A stretch of DNA of 44,914 bases from NCBI GenBank assembly GCA_041498535.1, contig JBGQIR010000001.1:1-44914 (forward strand). The letters are read 5' to 3'. The position numbers and the translations under genes were made by a program. Numbering within the stretch: the stretch's first letter is position 1; each line of letters opens with the position of its first letter. The notes under the pieces are model-generated. The model was not told where the DNA came from and searched no databases. It saw nothing but the letters and a program-made list of their open reading frames with translations. Positions 29,240-39,221 of the stretch are shown piece by piece. This stretch comes from Candidatus Methylomirabilis sp. (GTDB taxonomy: Bacteria; Methylomirabilota; Methylomirabilia; Methylomirabilales; Methylomirabilaceae).

Positions 29240-29286
29240 GTTAAACCTCAGCGCGAAAGTTGGTGTCAATAAAAGAGAAACCGGGT

Positions 29287-30513
29287 ATGGGCACATTCCA
29301 ATACACTGCAACTGATCGTTCTGCGAAGGTCATCCAGGGAAGCATGGAGGCTGCCGACGAGCGGGTGGTCGTGGCTTGGCTGCGGGCTAACGGCTACTAC
29401 CCAATCAAGGTCGGACAACCCGGTGCGTCAGCCGAGGCCCGACCCGGCCTCGCTCGGCTCCCGACCCGCTTTGCCAGGGGCCCCTCTGCCCAGGATGTCC
29501 TGGCCTTCACTCAGCAGCTTGCGACGTTGCTCGAGGCCGGGATGGAGCTCGATCGGAGCCTGGCGATCCTCTTGGACCTGACCGATAACCCTCGGTTCCG
29601 GTCGATTCTGCGCGGCATCCTGGCCGATGTCCAGGGAGGGAGTTCACTGGCCGACAGTCTGGCCAAACATCCGCGACTCTTCTCCAAACTTTACGTCAAC
29701 ATGGTCAAGGCGGCGGAGGCGAGCGGGGTGCTGGAGACGATCCTGTCGCGCCTCGCGGGGTTCCTGGAGCGGTCGAAGGCGGTCAGGGACGAGGTGACCT
29801 CAGCCCTGATCTATCCGCTCCTATTGGTCCTGGTAGGCGGCGGCGCCGTGGTGGTGATGATGAATTTCGTCATCCCGCGTTTTGCCCAGATCTTTGCCGA
29901 CACCAAGCAACTCATGCCGCTACCAACCAGGATCCTCCTGGCGATCAGCACCTTCACCACCAACTACTGGTGGATATTCGTGGGAGTGATCGTCGTGGGC
30001 TTTATGGCCATTCGAGCCTACTTGCAGACAGAGCAGGGGAGGCTTCAGTGGGATGAGTGGAAGCTCAAACTCCCGCTGCTGGGCGGCCTCATCAGGGAGA
30101 TCGAAGTCTCTCGTTTCGCCCGGACCTTCGGGACGCTTCTTCATGGCGGCGTCCCGGTGCTGGCCGCCGCAGCCATCGTCAAGGAGACTGTCACCAACAG
30201 AGTGATCTCCGGCGCCATGTCCCGGCTGCAGGAAGGGATCAAGCGGGGCGAAGGGATCAGCGGACCGCTGCGCGCCACCGGCGTCTTCCCCTCCTTTTCT
30301 ATCCATATGGCGAAGGTGGGGGAGGAGACCGGGAAGTTGGAAGAGATGCTGATCAAGGTGGCAGACACCTACGATGAGCGCGTGCGGCGGACCGTCAAGC
30401 GCCTGACCTCTCTGCTGGAGCCGCTCCTGATCCTCTGCCTCGGAGCAATCGTCGGCTTCATCGTCCTCTCGATGCTGTTGGCCATCTTCAGTATTAATGA
30501 GATTCCAGTATGA
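29287..30513 (+). CDS. gspF: T2SS inner membrane platform protein
   Basis: FTQQLATLLEAG, YVNMVKAAEASG, ALIYP, VGEETGKL, LLEPLLI. Confidence 0.95.
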   Translation: MGTFQYTATDRSAKVIQGSMEAADERVVVAWLRANGYYPIKVGQPGASAEARPGLARLPTRFARGPSAQDVLAFTQQLATLLEAGMELDRSLAILLDLTDNPRFRSILRGILADVQGGSSLADSLAKHPRLFSKLYVNMVKAAEASGVLETILSRLAGFLERSKAVRDEVTSALIYPLLLVLVGGGAVVVMMNFVIPRFAQIFADTKQLMPLPTRILLAISTFTTNYWWIFVGVIVVGFMAIRAYLQTEQGRLQWDEWKLKLPLLGGLIREIEVSRFARTFGTLLHGGVPVLAAAAIVKETVTNRVISGAMSRLQEGIKRGEGISGPLRATGVFPSFSIHMAKVGEETGKLEEMLIKVADTYDERVRRTVKRLTSLLEPLLILCLGAIVGFIVLSMLLAIFSINEIPV

Positions 30514-31064
30514 CGTGTCGAGTGTCGAGTGTCGAGTGTCGAGTTCCTAAAGAGAGGAAGACCTCTCAGGGTTTTCAACCCGAAACCCGCAACCCAAAAC
30601 CCGAAACCGGCGACCGGAAATACCGTCGCCAGGCGGGGTTTACCCTGATCGAGCTACTTGTCGTCATCATCATCATCGGTTTGCTGGCCGCCCTCGTCGG
30701 CCCCAAGCTCTTTGGCAGGGTCGGCAAGGGAAAACAAGCGGCGGCTCAGGCTCAGATCGAGCTATTCGGCGCCGCACTGGACAACTTTCGGCTTGACGTC
30801 GGCCGGTATCCAACGAGCGACGAGGGGCTGATGGCGCTCCTTGTGAATCCTGGCGCGATCCCGAACTGGGAGGGCTCCTATCTGAAGAAACAGGAGATCC
30901 CTCTGGATCCGTGGGGACATCCTTATGTGTACAAGTCTCCCGGAGACCACGGGGATTACGACATTATTTCCTATGGCGGAGACGGCGTTGCCGGCGGAGA
31001 CGGAGAGAACCAGGACCTCGTGAGCTGGCAGAACATCAAGCGGTCAGGAGAGAGGGTTGAGTAG
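30510..31064 (+). CDS. gspG: Major pseudopilin
   Basis: G|FTLIELLVV, ALDNFRLDVGRYP, DPWGHPYVY, SYGGDG; 43-aa leader. Confidence 0.95.
   Translation: MTCRVSSVECRVPKERKTSQGFQPETRNPKPETGDRKYRRQAGFTLIELLVVIIIIGLLAALVGPKLFGRVGKGKQAAAQAQIELFGAALDNFRLDVGRYPTSDEGLMALLVNPGAIPNWEGSYLKKQEIPLDPWGHPYVYKSPGDHGDYDIISYGGDGVAGGDGENQDLVSWQNIKRSGERVE
30515..30611. repeat. Heptamer arrays in the gspG leader
   Basis: (GTGTCGA)x4 at 30515-30542; AACCCGA-like x5 at 30577-30611. Confidence 0.9.
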
Positions 31065-31716
31065 CACGATCAAGAGCAGTTTCGAGTCTCGAGTTTCGAG
31101 TTCCGGGTTAGGGAGAGCGGGACGGTCTTCCCTGCTTTCTAACGCGAAACCCGAAACCCGAAACCCGAAACCCCGCCGTCAGGCGGGATTTACGCTCCTT
31201 GAACTGGTCGTCGTTCTCTTCATTCTCGCTCTGGCGACTGCACTGGTGGCGCCGGGCTTCAGACGTTCATTCGGGCTGCTTCCGCTCAAAGCTGCAACAC
31301 GAGATATCGCCGCTCTCTGCCGGTTCGCCAGGACGCAGGCCATTAACCATCAAGGCGTTCTTGAGGTGGTGCTCGACAGACGGACCAATACCTACTGGCT
31401 GCGCGGACCCCAATGGATCGTCGGTCGCCTTGGGGGCGTCGAGCAGGTTGCGGCCGTGGAAGATCCCGAACAGCCCTGGCAAGCCAGGATGCAGCAGGCC
31501 CATGTGCGCTCCCTCCCCTCCGGCGTTACCCTCAAATCGGTCGTTCTCGACACGGGCCCACTTCGTGAAGATGAGCGTGGGTCGATCGCCTTCTTCCCGC
31601 AGGGGAGTTCGACAGGGGGAGAGGTGTGGGTGTTGGACGAGAAGGGAAGAGGATATCAGATTGTGATAGACCCTTCGATTGGACGCGTTCGCGTTCTCGC
31701 AGCGACGACGGTATAG
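31057..31716 (+). CDS. gspH: Minor pseudopilin GspH/FimT-like
   Basis: G|FTLLELVVV, ARTQAI, IAFFPQGSSTGG. Confidence 0.9.
   Translation: MSSTIKSSFESRVSSSGLGRAGRSSLLSNAKPETRNPKPRRQAGFTLLELVVVLFILALATALVAPGFRRSFGLLPLKAATRDIAALCRFARTQAINHQGVLEVVLDRRTNTYWLRGPQWIVGRLGGVEQVAAVEDPEQPWQARMQQAHVRSLPSGVTLKSVVLDTGPLREDERGSIAFFPQGSSTGGEVWVLDEKGRGYQIVIDPSIGRVRVLAATTV
31079..31168. repeat. Heptamer arrays in the gspH leader
   Basis: GTTTCGA/GTCTCGA/GTTTCGA/GTTCCGG left arm; AACGCGA-(AACCCGA)x3 right arm. Confidence 0.9.
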
Positions 31717-31726
31717 GGCCAGTGCG

Positions 31727-32284
31727 ATGTGCGACCAGAGCAGTAAAACGTGCGAAGTGCGAAGTGCGAAGTGCGAAGTCCATTGCACTGTTCGATCTAT
31801 CTCGCACCCCGCACCCCGCACCCCGCACGGCTTTTCCCAGCGTGGATTTACACTGCTCGAGGTAATTATCGCCCTGGCCATCCTCGGCGTCGCCTTTGCC
31901 CTCGCCATGGAGCTACTTGCGAACGGCGTGCGCTCGGCCAAAGCGTCGGAGGAATACACCCAGGCGGTCCTGCTTGCCAGGCAGAAGATAGCCGAGATGG
32001 CGATCACCCCCTCCCTTGAGGGGTCGGCAGAGCAGGGAGATTTTGGCGGCGGGTTCCATTGGTCCTCGGAGGTTCAACCCCTCCCCCAGGAAGAAGACCT
32101 TCCTGCACGTCTATATCAGGTGCGCGTTCGTGTCACTTGGCCCGGTAGACGCAGGGAGAAATCCCTGGACCTTTACACGATGCGGATGGCGGTCGATGAA
32201 AATTTGCTCGGGCAGACCCTCTCTGGACAGGGCGGACAGGGCAGTGGGGGTGGGGGTCTGTTGGGGCGACAGAAGAAGAGATGA
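31727..32284 (+). CDS. gspI: Minor pseudopilin GspI
   Basis: G|FTLLEVIIALAI; position in the cluster. Confidence 0.88.
   Translation: MCDQSSKTCEVRSAKCEVHCTVRSISHPAPRTPHGFSQRGFTLLEVIIALAILGVAFALAMELLANGVRSAKASEEYTQAVLLARQKIAEMAITPSLEGSAEQGDFGGGFHWSSEVQPLPQEEDLPARLYQVRVRVTWPGRRREKSLDLYTMRMAVDENLLGQTLSGQGGQGSGGGGLLGRQKKR
31750..31828. repeat. Heptamer arrays in the gspI leader
   Basis: (GTGCGAA)x4 at 31750-31777; CTCGCAC-(CCCGCAC)x3 at 31801-31828. Confidence 0.9.
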
Positions 32285-33207
32285 TGTCCCGCGTTGGTGA
32301 GGTGTTCCAAACCTGGAGGTTCCATTTTCGGGCGACTGAGGAGAGGGCGTTCCAGTTTCCGCGGTTCCGGCATAGAGTCCCTGAGGGCATTCGTTTCCCT
32401 GTTATTTCCCAACATGGGACCGTGAACCAGCAGGGCGAATTCCGGAGGTCGCCACATCGTTCGTGGAAGTCGAAATTCCCCTGCGAAGCCGGATTCACGC
32501 TCCTTGAAATCCTGATTTCCATGACCATCCTCGCCCTCATCTTCGTCGCGGTTCTCGGGGCGATCCATGTGGGCAGTAAGTCATGGGAGAGCGGGGAGCT
32601 GCGGGCGGAAGAGAATCAGCGAACCCGCACGCTCTACGACACTCTAGCCCGGGACTTGACGATGCTCTATCCGTTACGCGTCAAGTCCCAAGACGACAAG
32701 GAAATCGTCATTTTTCGCGGCAAGCCCGATTCTCTCTCGTTTGCCACCCTCCCCCAGAGCTATGGAGCCGAGCCATTCAGTCATATGATACGGATCGTCA
32801 CCTACTCGGTCGAACCCGACCGCGGGTTGGTCAGCGCCGAAAGCTACCCGCTTGTTAGCGCCGAGGATGCTCCCATCCTGCAGGAAGGACGAACCAAAGG
32901 GCTCGATGAGCGGGTGTTGGAGGCGCGCTTCCGATACCTGGTCCCGGAGGGAAAACCCGAAGAGAAGCTCCCACCGACCTGGCACGACTTCTGGGATCCA
33001 TCCCAGGATGAGACGCCTCCATCGGCATCTGTGAGCCTGGTACCCCTCGGGGGCCGACGGGCTCTGCAGGGTTCAGAACGGTTGCCACTGGCCGTTGAAA
33101 TCACGCTCACAATCCAACAGGCCAACCAGCGGGGAGCCCGCGATCTGATCTTGCCGCCGCTCGTCTTCTCCGTGCGGGTGGGACAAGCAGTAGAACAGAC
33201 ATCGTGA
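32281..33207 (+). CDS. gspJ: Minor pseudopilin GspJ
   Basis: G|FTLLEILISM, LPLAVEITL; long leader, so the true start may be further downstream. Confidence 0.85.
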   Translation: MMSRVGEVFQTWRFHFRATEERAFQFPRFRHRVPEGIRFPVISQHGTVNQQGEFRRSPHRSWKSKFPCEAGFTLLEILISMTILALIFVAVLGAIHVGSKSWESGELRAEENQRTRTLYDTLARDLTMLYPLRVKSQDDKEIVIFRGKPDSLSFATLPQSYGAEPFSHMIRIVTYSVEPDRGLVSAESYPLVSAEDAPILQEGRTKGLDERVLEARFRYLVPEGKPEEKLPPTWHDFWDPSQDETPPSASVSLVPLGGRRALQGSERLPLAVEITLTIQQANQRGARDLILPPLVFSVRVGQAVEQTS

Positions 33208-34364
33208 ACACAGTGTGCGAGGGAGCAGTGAGAAGCGCGGGCTTTGAGGCGCCGGGTCCGAGGCGTGGAACGCGCGATCGCGGGATGGCGCTCATGGTCG
33301 TGCTCTGGATCCTGGCGCTCCTGGGGATTATCTTCACGACCTTCGCATTTTCGATGCGGACGGAGCTCGCCGCGAGCGGCAACTTCAAGGAGACGGCGGA
33401 GGCCTATTACATCGCCGAGGCGGGAGTGTATCGAGCGGCCGCGGAGATCATTAACGCCGACAGGAATGTTCCTCCGGATTCGACATTCTACGATTCGCTG
33501 GATGAGCATTGGCATACCAATCCTTCCGCCTATGAAAACGTTCCAGTGGGGAGAGGGAGCTACTGGGTCACCGTCACGGATGAGGAGAGCAAGATTCCCC
33601 TGAACTTGGCGAGCGACCCGATTCTCCGCCGGCTCTTTTCGAACTCCGGCGTGGGGGATGAGAAGCTCTTGTCCACCATCGTCGATTCGATTCAGGACTG
33701 GCGCGATCCCGACAATCTCCATCGCCTCAATGGCGCCGAGGATGACTACTACCTTTCGCTTCCCACTCCGTACCGGGCCAAGAATGGCTATTTCGAGTCG
33801 ATCGATGAACTGCTCTTGGTCAAAGGGATGGCCCCGGAGATCCTGTATGGCAACGTCACCAGCCCGCAACGGCGGGCTCAACTGGAGGCCCAACTCCCCT
33901 GGGAACGGGAGCTCATGTCCGGAGAATACCTTGGCGTGGCCAGACTTCTGTCGGTTTTCAGCTCAGGCCGTGTGAACATTAACACGGCCAGCCCGGAGGT
34001 GTTGATGGCTCTTGGACTGACCGCGGCCGAGGCCAATACGGCTCTCGTCCGTCGGACAGAGGCGCCGTTCCGCAGCGCGGGAGAGCTGACCAATATGGTG
34101 ACCTCTGTTGTCGGCCAAAGCCGGCAAGGGTTCGCGCTGGTCCCGGGAGGCCAGCCCGGTCCGGCCTCGCCTCAGCAGATTCTCACGAGCCTGAACCAGA
34201 GCAGCGTGGTCCTCTCCCGAAACTTCTATGTGGAATCGGTAGGCCGGGCGACAGGCTCGGCGCTTACAGCACGCGTTGGCGCCATCCTGCGAAACGAGGG
34301 AACCGCTGGTCGGCCGAAGCTCACTATCCGGCTCTGGAGCCTCGACCCCAGGCAGGGGGCCTGA
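33204..34364 (+). CDS. gspK: Minor pseudopilin GspK
   Basis: RG|MALMVVLW, DEESKIPLN, IQDWRDPD, GAEDDYY, ELLLVKG, VNINTA. Confidence 0.93.
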   Translation: MNTVCEGAVRSAGFEAPGPRRGTRDRGMALMVVLWILALLGIIFTTFAFSMRTELAASGNFKETAEAYYIAEAGVYRAAAEIINADRNVPPDSTFYDSLDEHWHTNPSAYENVPVGRGSYWVTVTDEESKIPLNLASDPILRRLFSNSGVGDEKLLSTIVDSIQDWRDPDNLHRLNGAEDDYYLSLPTPYRAKNGYFESIDELLLVKGMAPEILYGNVTSPQRRAQLEAQLPWERELMSGEYLGVARLLSVFSSGRVNINTASPEVLMALGLTAAEANTALVRRTEAPFRSAGELTNMVTSVVGQSRQGFALVPGGQPGPASPQQILTSLNQSSVVLSRNFYVESVGRATGSALTARVGAILRNEGTAGRPKLTIRLWSLDPRQGA

Positions 34365-35803
34365 TGGAACTCCGCGAGCTGATCCCAAGAAGGAAGATCG
34401 GGCTGGGCATCGACGTCCGCGGCGGGCTTCTCTGTCATGCCCTGTTGTGCAGGGCCTTCGGCCGTGTGCGGCTTCTCGATTGGGGGATCGAGGAGCTCCC
34501 TGCCGAAGGAGACGACAGGGATGAGGCACTCAAGAAAGGGTTGGAGGGCATCCTGAGCCGGTTGCCCGCCCGCCCCGCCTTCGTCACGGTTGGTCTGCCG
34601 AGGAGTCTGGTGACCATGCGGTCGGTGAGCATGCCGGGGGTGGGCGAAGAAGAATTGAAGGGAATCCTGGATTACGAGGTCGAACGTCACATCCCCTTCC
34701 CACCGGAGGAGGCTCAGTACGACTTCCAGGTACTGGAGAGGGACGCTGAAAAGGCGACGCTCTTGTTGGCGGCGGCCAGAAAGGAGGAGGTCAGCCGGTA
34801 TCTTGGTTTCCTGGGAGAGGCGGGGATTAAAGCTACTGCCCTTGGTGTCTCCACGTTGGCCTCGTTGAACGCGCTCTTTTACAACGAGGGTCGAGGGATG
34901 GCGCCCCTGACAACCCTCATCGATCTCCGGGACGGGGAAGTGGAGATCGGCGTGGCGAAGGAGGGGGTCCTCCGGTACTGCCGATACCTCACCCTTGGGC
35001 CGGCTCCCGCGCTTGACGTGCTGCTGCCGGAACTCTCCGGTCTCCTGGCCCATCTCGGGGCCGCCGGCGGCCTGCAAGGGACAGGGCGGATCGCCCTCTC
35101 GGGATCCGGTGCGGGCAGGGGAGATTTGCTTCACCACTTGGCCGAAGAGACCGGATTGAGGGTGGAGTTCCTTCAGCCCTTCCAGCGGATCAAGGCGAGA
35201 GGCGTGGACCCCCAGGCGGCTCCGTCCCTTGGGGCGGCCGTCGGCCTCGCCCTGAACGGGCTCGTAGCTCTCCCACTCCACATCGACCTGCTACCGAAGG
35301 AGCTGGCTCCCCCTCGTCGGGAGCCGGGCCTGGCGATGACGTTCCGGCTCCTGGCCCTGATCGTTGCCCTTGGCTTGGGCTATGCGGTGAGCTATGCGAT
35401 CAATGAGCGCCGCGCCCTCGCCGACCTGACGGCCACGGTCAAGCGGGTTCAAGCCGAGGCGGCCAAGGTCGAGCAGCTCAAGGAGGGAGTCACGAAGCTT
35501 GGCGCACAGGCCGCCGCCCTGGAAAAAATTGACCGAGAGGCGGTCAGGAAGCTCGATCTGCTGCGCGAGCTGGTTCAGATCCTGCCCAAAGGCGTGACCC
35601 TGACCCTCTTCAACGTAGATGGGAGGGAAGTCCGGATCGGCGGTTCAATCACCGGCTCCGCCTCCGATTTGATCTCGATCCTGGAGGAGTCGCCGGTTTT
35701 TGAGAACGCCCAATTCACCTCACCCGTGGCGCGGCGGGATGCGGAGACGCAGGAGTTTCAGATCAAGGCTCTCCTCGAGGTTCGCAAGGGCGTGCGGTCA
35801 TGA
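34364..35803 (+). CDS. gspL: GspL-like protein (PilM actin-like domain plus PilN-like domain)
   Basis: GLGIDV, YEVERHIPF, ALSGSGA, AVGLAL, IDLLP, TM helix, then a periplasmic domain. Confidence 0.8.
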   Translation: MELRELIPRRKIGLGIDVRGGLLCHALLCRAFGRVRLLDWGIEELPAEGDDRDEALKKGLEGILSRLPARPAFVTVGLPRSLVTMRSVSMPGVGEEELKGILDYEVERHIPFPPEEAQYDFQVLERDAEKATLLLAAARKEEVSRYLGFLGEAGIKATALGVSTLASLNALFYNEGRGMAPLTTLIDLRDGEVEIGVAKEGVLRYCRYLTLGPAPALDVLLPELSGLLAHLGAAGGLQGTGRIALSGSGAGRGDLLHHLAEETGLRVEFLQPFQRIKARGVDPQAAPSLGAAVGLALNGLVALPLHIDLLPKELAPPRREPGLAMTFRLLALIVALGLGYAVSYAINERRALADLTATVKRVQAEAAKVEQLKEGVTKLGAQAAALEKIDREAVRKLDLLRELVQILPKGVTLTLFNVDGREVRIGGSITGSASDLISILEESPVFENAQFTSPVARRDAETQEFQIKALLEVRKGVRS

Positions 35804-36363
35804 CCATCTCTTCGCGTGAGCGGCGGTTTGTCCTGGCCGGTGGGGTCCTCCTCGTCGCCTTCCTCGCCATCAAGTACGTCGTTGTCCCGGTTGTCTCGAA
35901 GCAGGTTCAGGTCCGGAACGAGTACCGGGAGAAGCTCCGAGCACTCGAACGGTACCAACTGGTGGTGGAGGGGAAGAAACGGTACGAGAGGAAATTCACC
36001 GATGCCGAACAGTTCTTCTCGCAACTTCAGCAGCGACTCCTGCCCGGCGAGAAACTGACGCTGGCCGCTGCCGACCTTCAGTCGATCCTGCACAAGGCAG
36101 CCGGGGAGAGCGGTGTGACCATCGCAAGCGAGAGCATACACTTGCCGAAGAAAGCGGAGGGATTTACGCAGGTCTCGGTAGAGCTGTCCTTGAACTCCGA
36201 CCTAAAAAAGCTGCGCGACTTCCTGTACAAGATCGAGAGTTCCAAAAAGCTGCTCACCGTGCCCAAGCTGACGCTGAACGCCTCCTTCCCCAGGCCAGGC
36301 GCCGAGCTACAGGTGACGGTTGTGGTCAGTGGCTTCACAATGGCAGCGGAGGAGAAAGGCTAA
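35800..36363 (+). CDS. gspM: GspM-like protein
   Basis: SSRERRFV plus TM helix, coiled coil, LRDFLYKIES ferredoxin-like domain. Confidence 0.8.
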   Translation: MTISSRERRFVLAGGVLLVAFLAIKYVVVPVVSKQVQVRNEYREKLRALERYQLVVEGKKRYERKFTDAEQFFSQLQQRLLPGEKLTLAAADLQSILHKAAGESGVTIASESIHLPKKAEGFTQVSVELSLNSDLKKLRDFLYKIESSKKLLTVPKLTLNASFPRPGAELQVTVVVSGFTMAAEEKG

Positions 36364-36364
36364 A

Positions 36365-37000
36365 ATGGGCAGGCCCCTGCGGCTTCTGAATCTCACCTTG
36401 GGCGTGGTCGCGGTGCTGATCGCAACCGCTCTGGCGAAGACGTGGATCTCCCCCGCCGTCTCGATCACGGACCGGCCCGTGCCGAAGCTGTCGCAGGAGG
36501 CGACATCACTTGCCTTCGTCCCGCTCGCCCGCCCACCCCTGCCGCAGTTCGACGTGATCGTGGAAAAGAATCCATTCAAGCAACCACCTCCCATGCCCCC
36601 GCAGCGTATCGGCCTACAACCTGTGCCTCCTCCGGCCCCTCTCCCGACGCTCGTTGGCACCGTCCTCGTTGATGAGGAGCGTCGGGCGATGCTGAGTGAC
36701 AAAGGCAAACAGGAGATCTACGCGGTGAACCAGGAGGTGGCGGGAGGGGTGATTACCGAGATTAGAGACGACCGGATCATGTATAAGCGTGGCGACGAAA
36801 GCGTCGAGATCTTTCTCAAGGTGGCGATCGAGACCGTGCCGTCTTCCAGCGGGAAGGCATTAGTTCCCACTGCCCCGGCCTTGATGGCCCCGTTGCCTGG
36901 AGCTAAACTCGACAAACTTGAAAAGGGAATGCTCAAGCAGCAACAGAAGGCGCAGAAGCAGCAGGGAAAGGTGCTCCGCCAGCAGCCCAAGAACCAATAG
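36365..37000 (+). CDS. gspC: GspC-like protein (no PDZ domain)
   Basis: TM helix, KNPF, LVGTV..A, VAGGVITEIRDDRI homology-region pattern; lies directly before the secretin. Confidence 0.65.
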   Translation: MGRPLRLLNLTLGVVAVLIATALAKTWISPAVSITDRPVPKLSQEATSLAFVPLARPPLPQFDVIVEKNPFKQPPPMPPQRIGLQPVPPPAPLPTLVGTVLVDEERRAMLSDKGKQEIYAVNQEVAGGVITEIRDDRIMYKRGDESVEIFLKVAIETVPSSSGKALVPTAPALMAPLPGAKLDKLEKGMLKQQQKAQKQQGKVLRQQPKNQ

Positions 37001-37071
37001 CATCCCGCTGACAGTTAATCGTTTATGAGCCCAATGGGGAGTCATTGTTATGTTCCAGGAGGGAATGAGTA

Positions 37072-39162
37072 TTGGCTAGCCGCAGACATGTCTTGATGAT
37101 CTTGATGATCGGCGTATGCCTCCCGGCTTGCTCCATCATCGAGAGAATAGCGGGAACCGAACCGAAGACTCCGCCCACAAAGGTTGAGGCACAAGGGGCA
37201 GTTCCCACCTCGCCCGCTTCGAAACCCGGAATGGCTTCGGAACCCGTCCAACCTTCTGCGCCTTTGCAAGCAAAGGAGGGCGGGGTGACAAAACCGGAAG
37301 AGGCGAGTGCTCCTTCAGATGAGGAGATCGTCCCGGCTTCATCTGCAATGGAGGGCGCGAAAGAGGGTGCTCCTGGCGCTGCGGTCGGTGCCAAGGCTTC
37401 TCCGCCAGGTGCGGGCGCGCCACAAGGTGGCCAACAAGGGAAGAACCAGTATGTCTCGTTGAACTTTGAGAACGCCGACCTGGAGCTTGTCCTTCGCTCC
37501 ATCGCGGACATCACGGGCATCAACTTCATCATCGGCCCGGGCGTCAAGGCGAACGTCACGATGCGGACCACCACCAAGATTCCGTCCAGCGAGGTCTTCT
37601 CCGTCATGGAATCAGTGTTAGAGGTGAATAACCTGGTGGCGGTGAAGGACGGCTTGTATTACAGGATCGTCCCGATGGCGGTCGCCCAGCAAGAGCCCCA
37701 GGACGTGCAGGTGGGAAAAGAGCGGGGCGAGGAGCGCGAGCGGTACGTGACCCAGATCGTCCACCTCGACCATCTCTCCGCCGAAGAGATGGCGAGGATC
37801 CTTCAGTCCTTCCTGGCCAGAGGCGCCAAGATGGTCGTGCACAAGGAGACCAACAGCCTGATCATCGCCGGCTTCACCTCGACCGTGAGAAGGCTGCTGG
37901 ATACCATCAAGGCGCTGGACATCCCGAGCAAGCGGGACAATATCCAGCGGATCTTCGTGTATTTCGTGGAGAACGTCCAGGCCACCCAGCTCGCGAACAT
38001 CTTGAACACGCTGTACGGGCGACGAGATCTCGTGGGGCGGACGCCGACCCCAGGGGCTAGGCCAGGTCAGCCCCCAGTCCGGCCGGGCGCCCCGCCGATC
38101 CCACCGGCTCCTACCCCGTCCCCACTTGCGCCTCCCGGCCAGCCACCACCGCCGGGGGCCCCACAGCCGCCAGGCGCCGAGGCGGCGCCAGGGGAGGTGG
38201 TAGGCGAGGTGACCATTGTGGCAGACGACGGGACCAACGCGCTGATCATCAAGACCTCGCCCCGCAACTACGAGTTCATCGAGGCGACGATCAAGCAACT
38301 CGATATCGTCCCGAAACAGGTGCTGATCGAGCTCCTGCTCGCCCAGATCACAATGGACGACACGTTTCAATTTAGCCTGGAAGAGATCATCAGGAGCGGT
38401 TCATTCCTCGTTGCAGGGGCATATGGCGTCGCGCCCCTCGCGACCGCGATCGCAGGAGTTGTGCAGAGCGGCATAGCTCCCGCTACCGGTCTGACCTTTG
38501 CCTTCGTAGACAAAGATAAATTTCGCGTGGTTCTGAACAATCTGGCGAAAGTGACTAAGGTGGACGTCCTGGCAAGCCCACACCTGCTGACAGCAAACAA
38601 CAAGGAGGCGAAGCTCCAGGTTGGTCAGGAGGTCCCGATTCCGACCGGAGTACAGACCCTGGGGACCACTACTATTGACCAGAATGTCACCTCCGCCAAT
38701 CTTTTCAGCACCTTCCAGCGCAAGGACATCGGGATCATCATCGGGATCAAGCCCCACGTGAACGAAAAGCGATTGGTCACGCTGGAGATAGAAGCGGAAA
38801 ACACCACCCTCGGTGGAGCCGCGACGGCTGCTGAGGGCGGTGCCTCGTTCAACAAAACGACGACGAAGACGTCGGTCGTTGTGCTGGATGGACAGTCGCT
38901 CCTGATCGCAGGGATCATCCGACAGGACAAGAGCAAGGGCTACTCAGGAATTCCTTTTTTGAGCCAGATCCCTTTGCTTGGCTATCTCTTTCGAGGCACC
39001 ACTGAGACGTTGACGCGGAACGAGCTGCTCATCTTGATTACGCCGCATGTGATCGCGTCACCTGAGGAAGGTCGCGCGCTCACCGAACAGTTCAAGAGCC
39101 GGGTCGAATCGTTGGATCCGATTCTGAAAACCATGCCGCAGCTCCCAGCGCTCAAGCCGTGA
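37072..39162 (+). CDS. gspD: T2SS secretin with lipoprotein signal
   Basis: LPAC lipobox, SLNFENADL, TNALII, LDIVPKQVLIE, NNKEAKLQVGQEVP, GIPFLSQIPLLGYLF, ELLILITP. Confidence 0.95.
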   Translation: MASRRHVLMILMIGVCLPACSIIERIAGTEPKTPPTKVEAQGAVPTSPASKPGMASEPVQPSAPLQAKEGGVTKPEEASAPSDEEIVPASSAMEGAKEGAPGAAVGAKASPPGAGAPQGGQQGKNQYVSLNFENADLELVLRSIADITGINFIIGPGVKANVTMRTTTKIPSSEVFSVMESVLEVNNLVAVKDGLYYRIVPMAVAQQEPQDVQVGKERGEERERYVTQIVHLDHLSAEEMARILQSFLARGAKMVVHKETNSLIIAGFTSTVRRLLDTIKALDIPSKRDNIQRIFVYFVENVQATQLANILNTLYGRRDLVGRTPTPGARPGQPPVRPGAPPIPPAPTPSPLAPPGQPPPPGAPQPPGAEAAPGEVVGEVTIVADDGTNALIIKTSPRNYEFIEATIKQLDIVPKQVLIELLLAQITMDDTFQFSLEEIIRSGSFLVAGAYGVAPLATAIAGVVQSGIAPATGLTFAFVDKDKFRVVLNNLAKVTKVDVLASPHLLTANNKEAKLQVGQEVPIPTGVQTLGTTTIDQNVTSANLFSTFQRKDIGIIIGIKPHVNEKRLVTLEIEAENTTLGGAATAAEGGASFNKTTTKTSVVVLDGQSLLIAGIIRQDKSKGYSGIPFLSQIPLLGYLFRGTTETLTRNELLILITPHVIASPEEGRALTEQFKSRVESLDPILKTMPQLPALKP

Positions 39163-39221
39163 AAAGCGTGGGCGTGGGTCGAAAGGCAAAGATTCTCCAA
39201 TTCCCACCAAAGGAGGCCATC

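Noticed and set aside
30515-31828. CRISPR array
   Set aside because: Units are 7-nt tandem repeats with no unique spacers, and there are no cas genes.
28029-35281. Long antisense ORFs (e.g. 28029..29138, 32844..33893, 34226..35281)
   Set aside because: They are shadows of well-supported gsp genes in GC-rich DNA.
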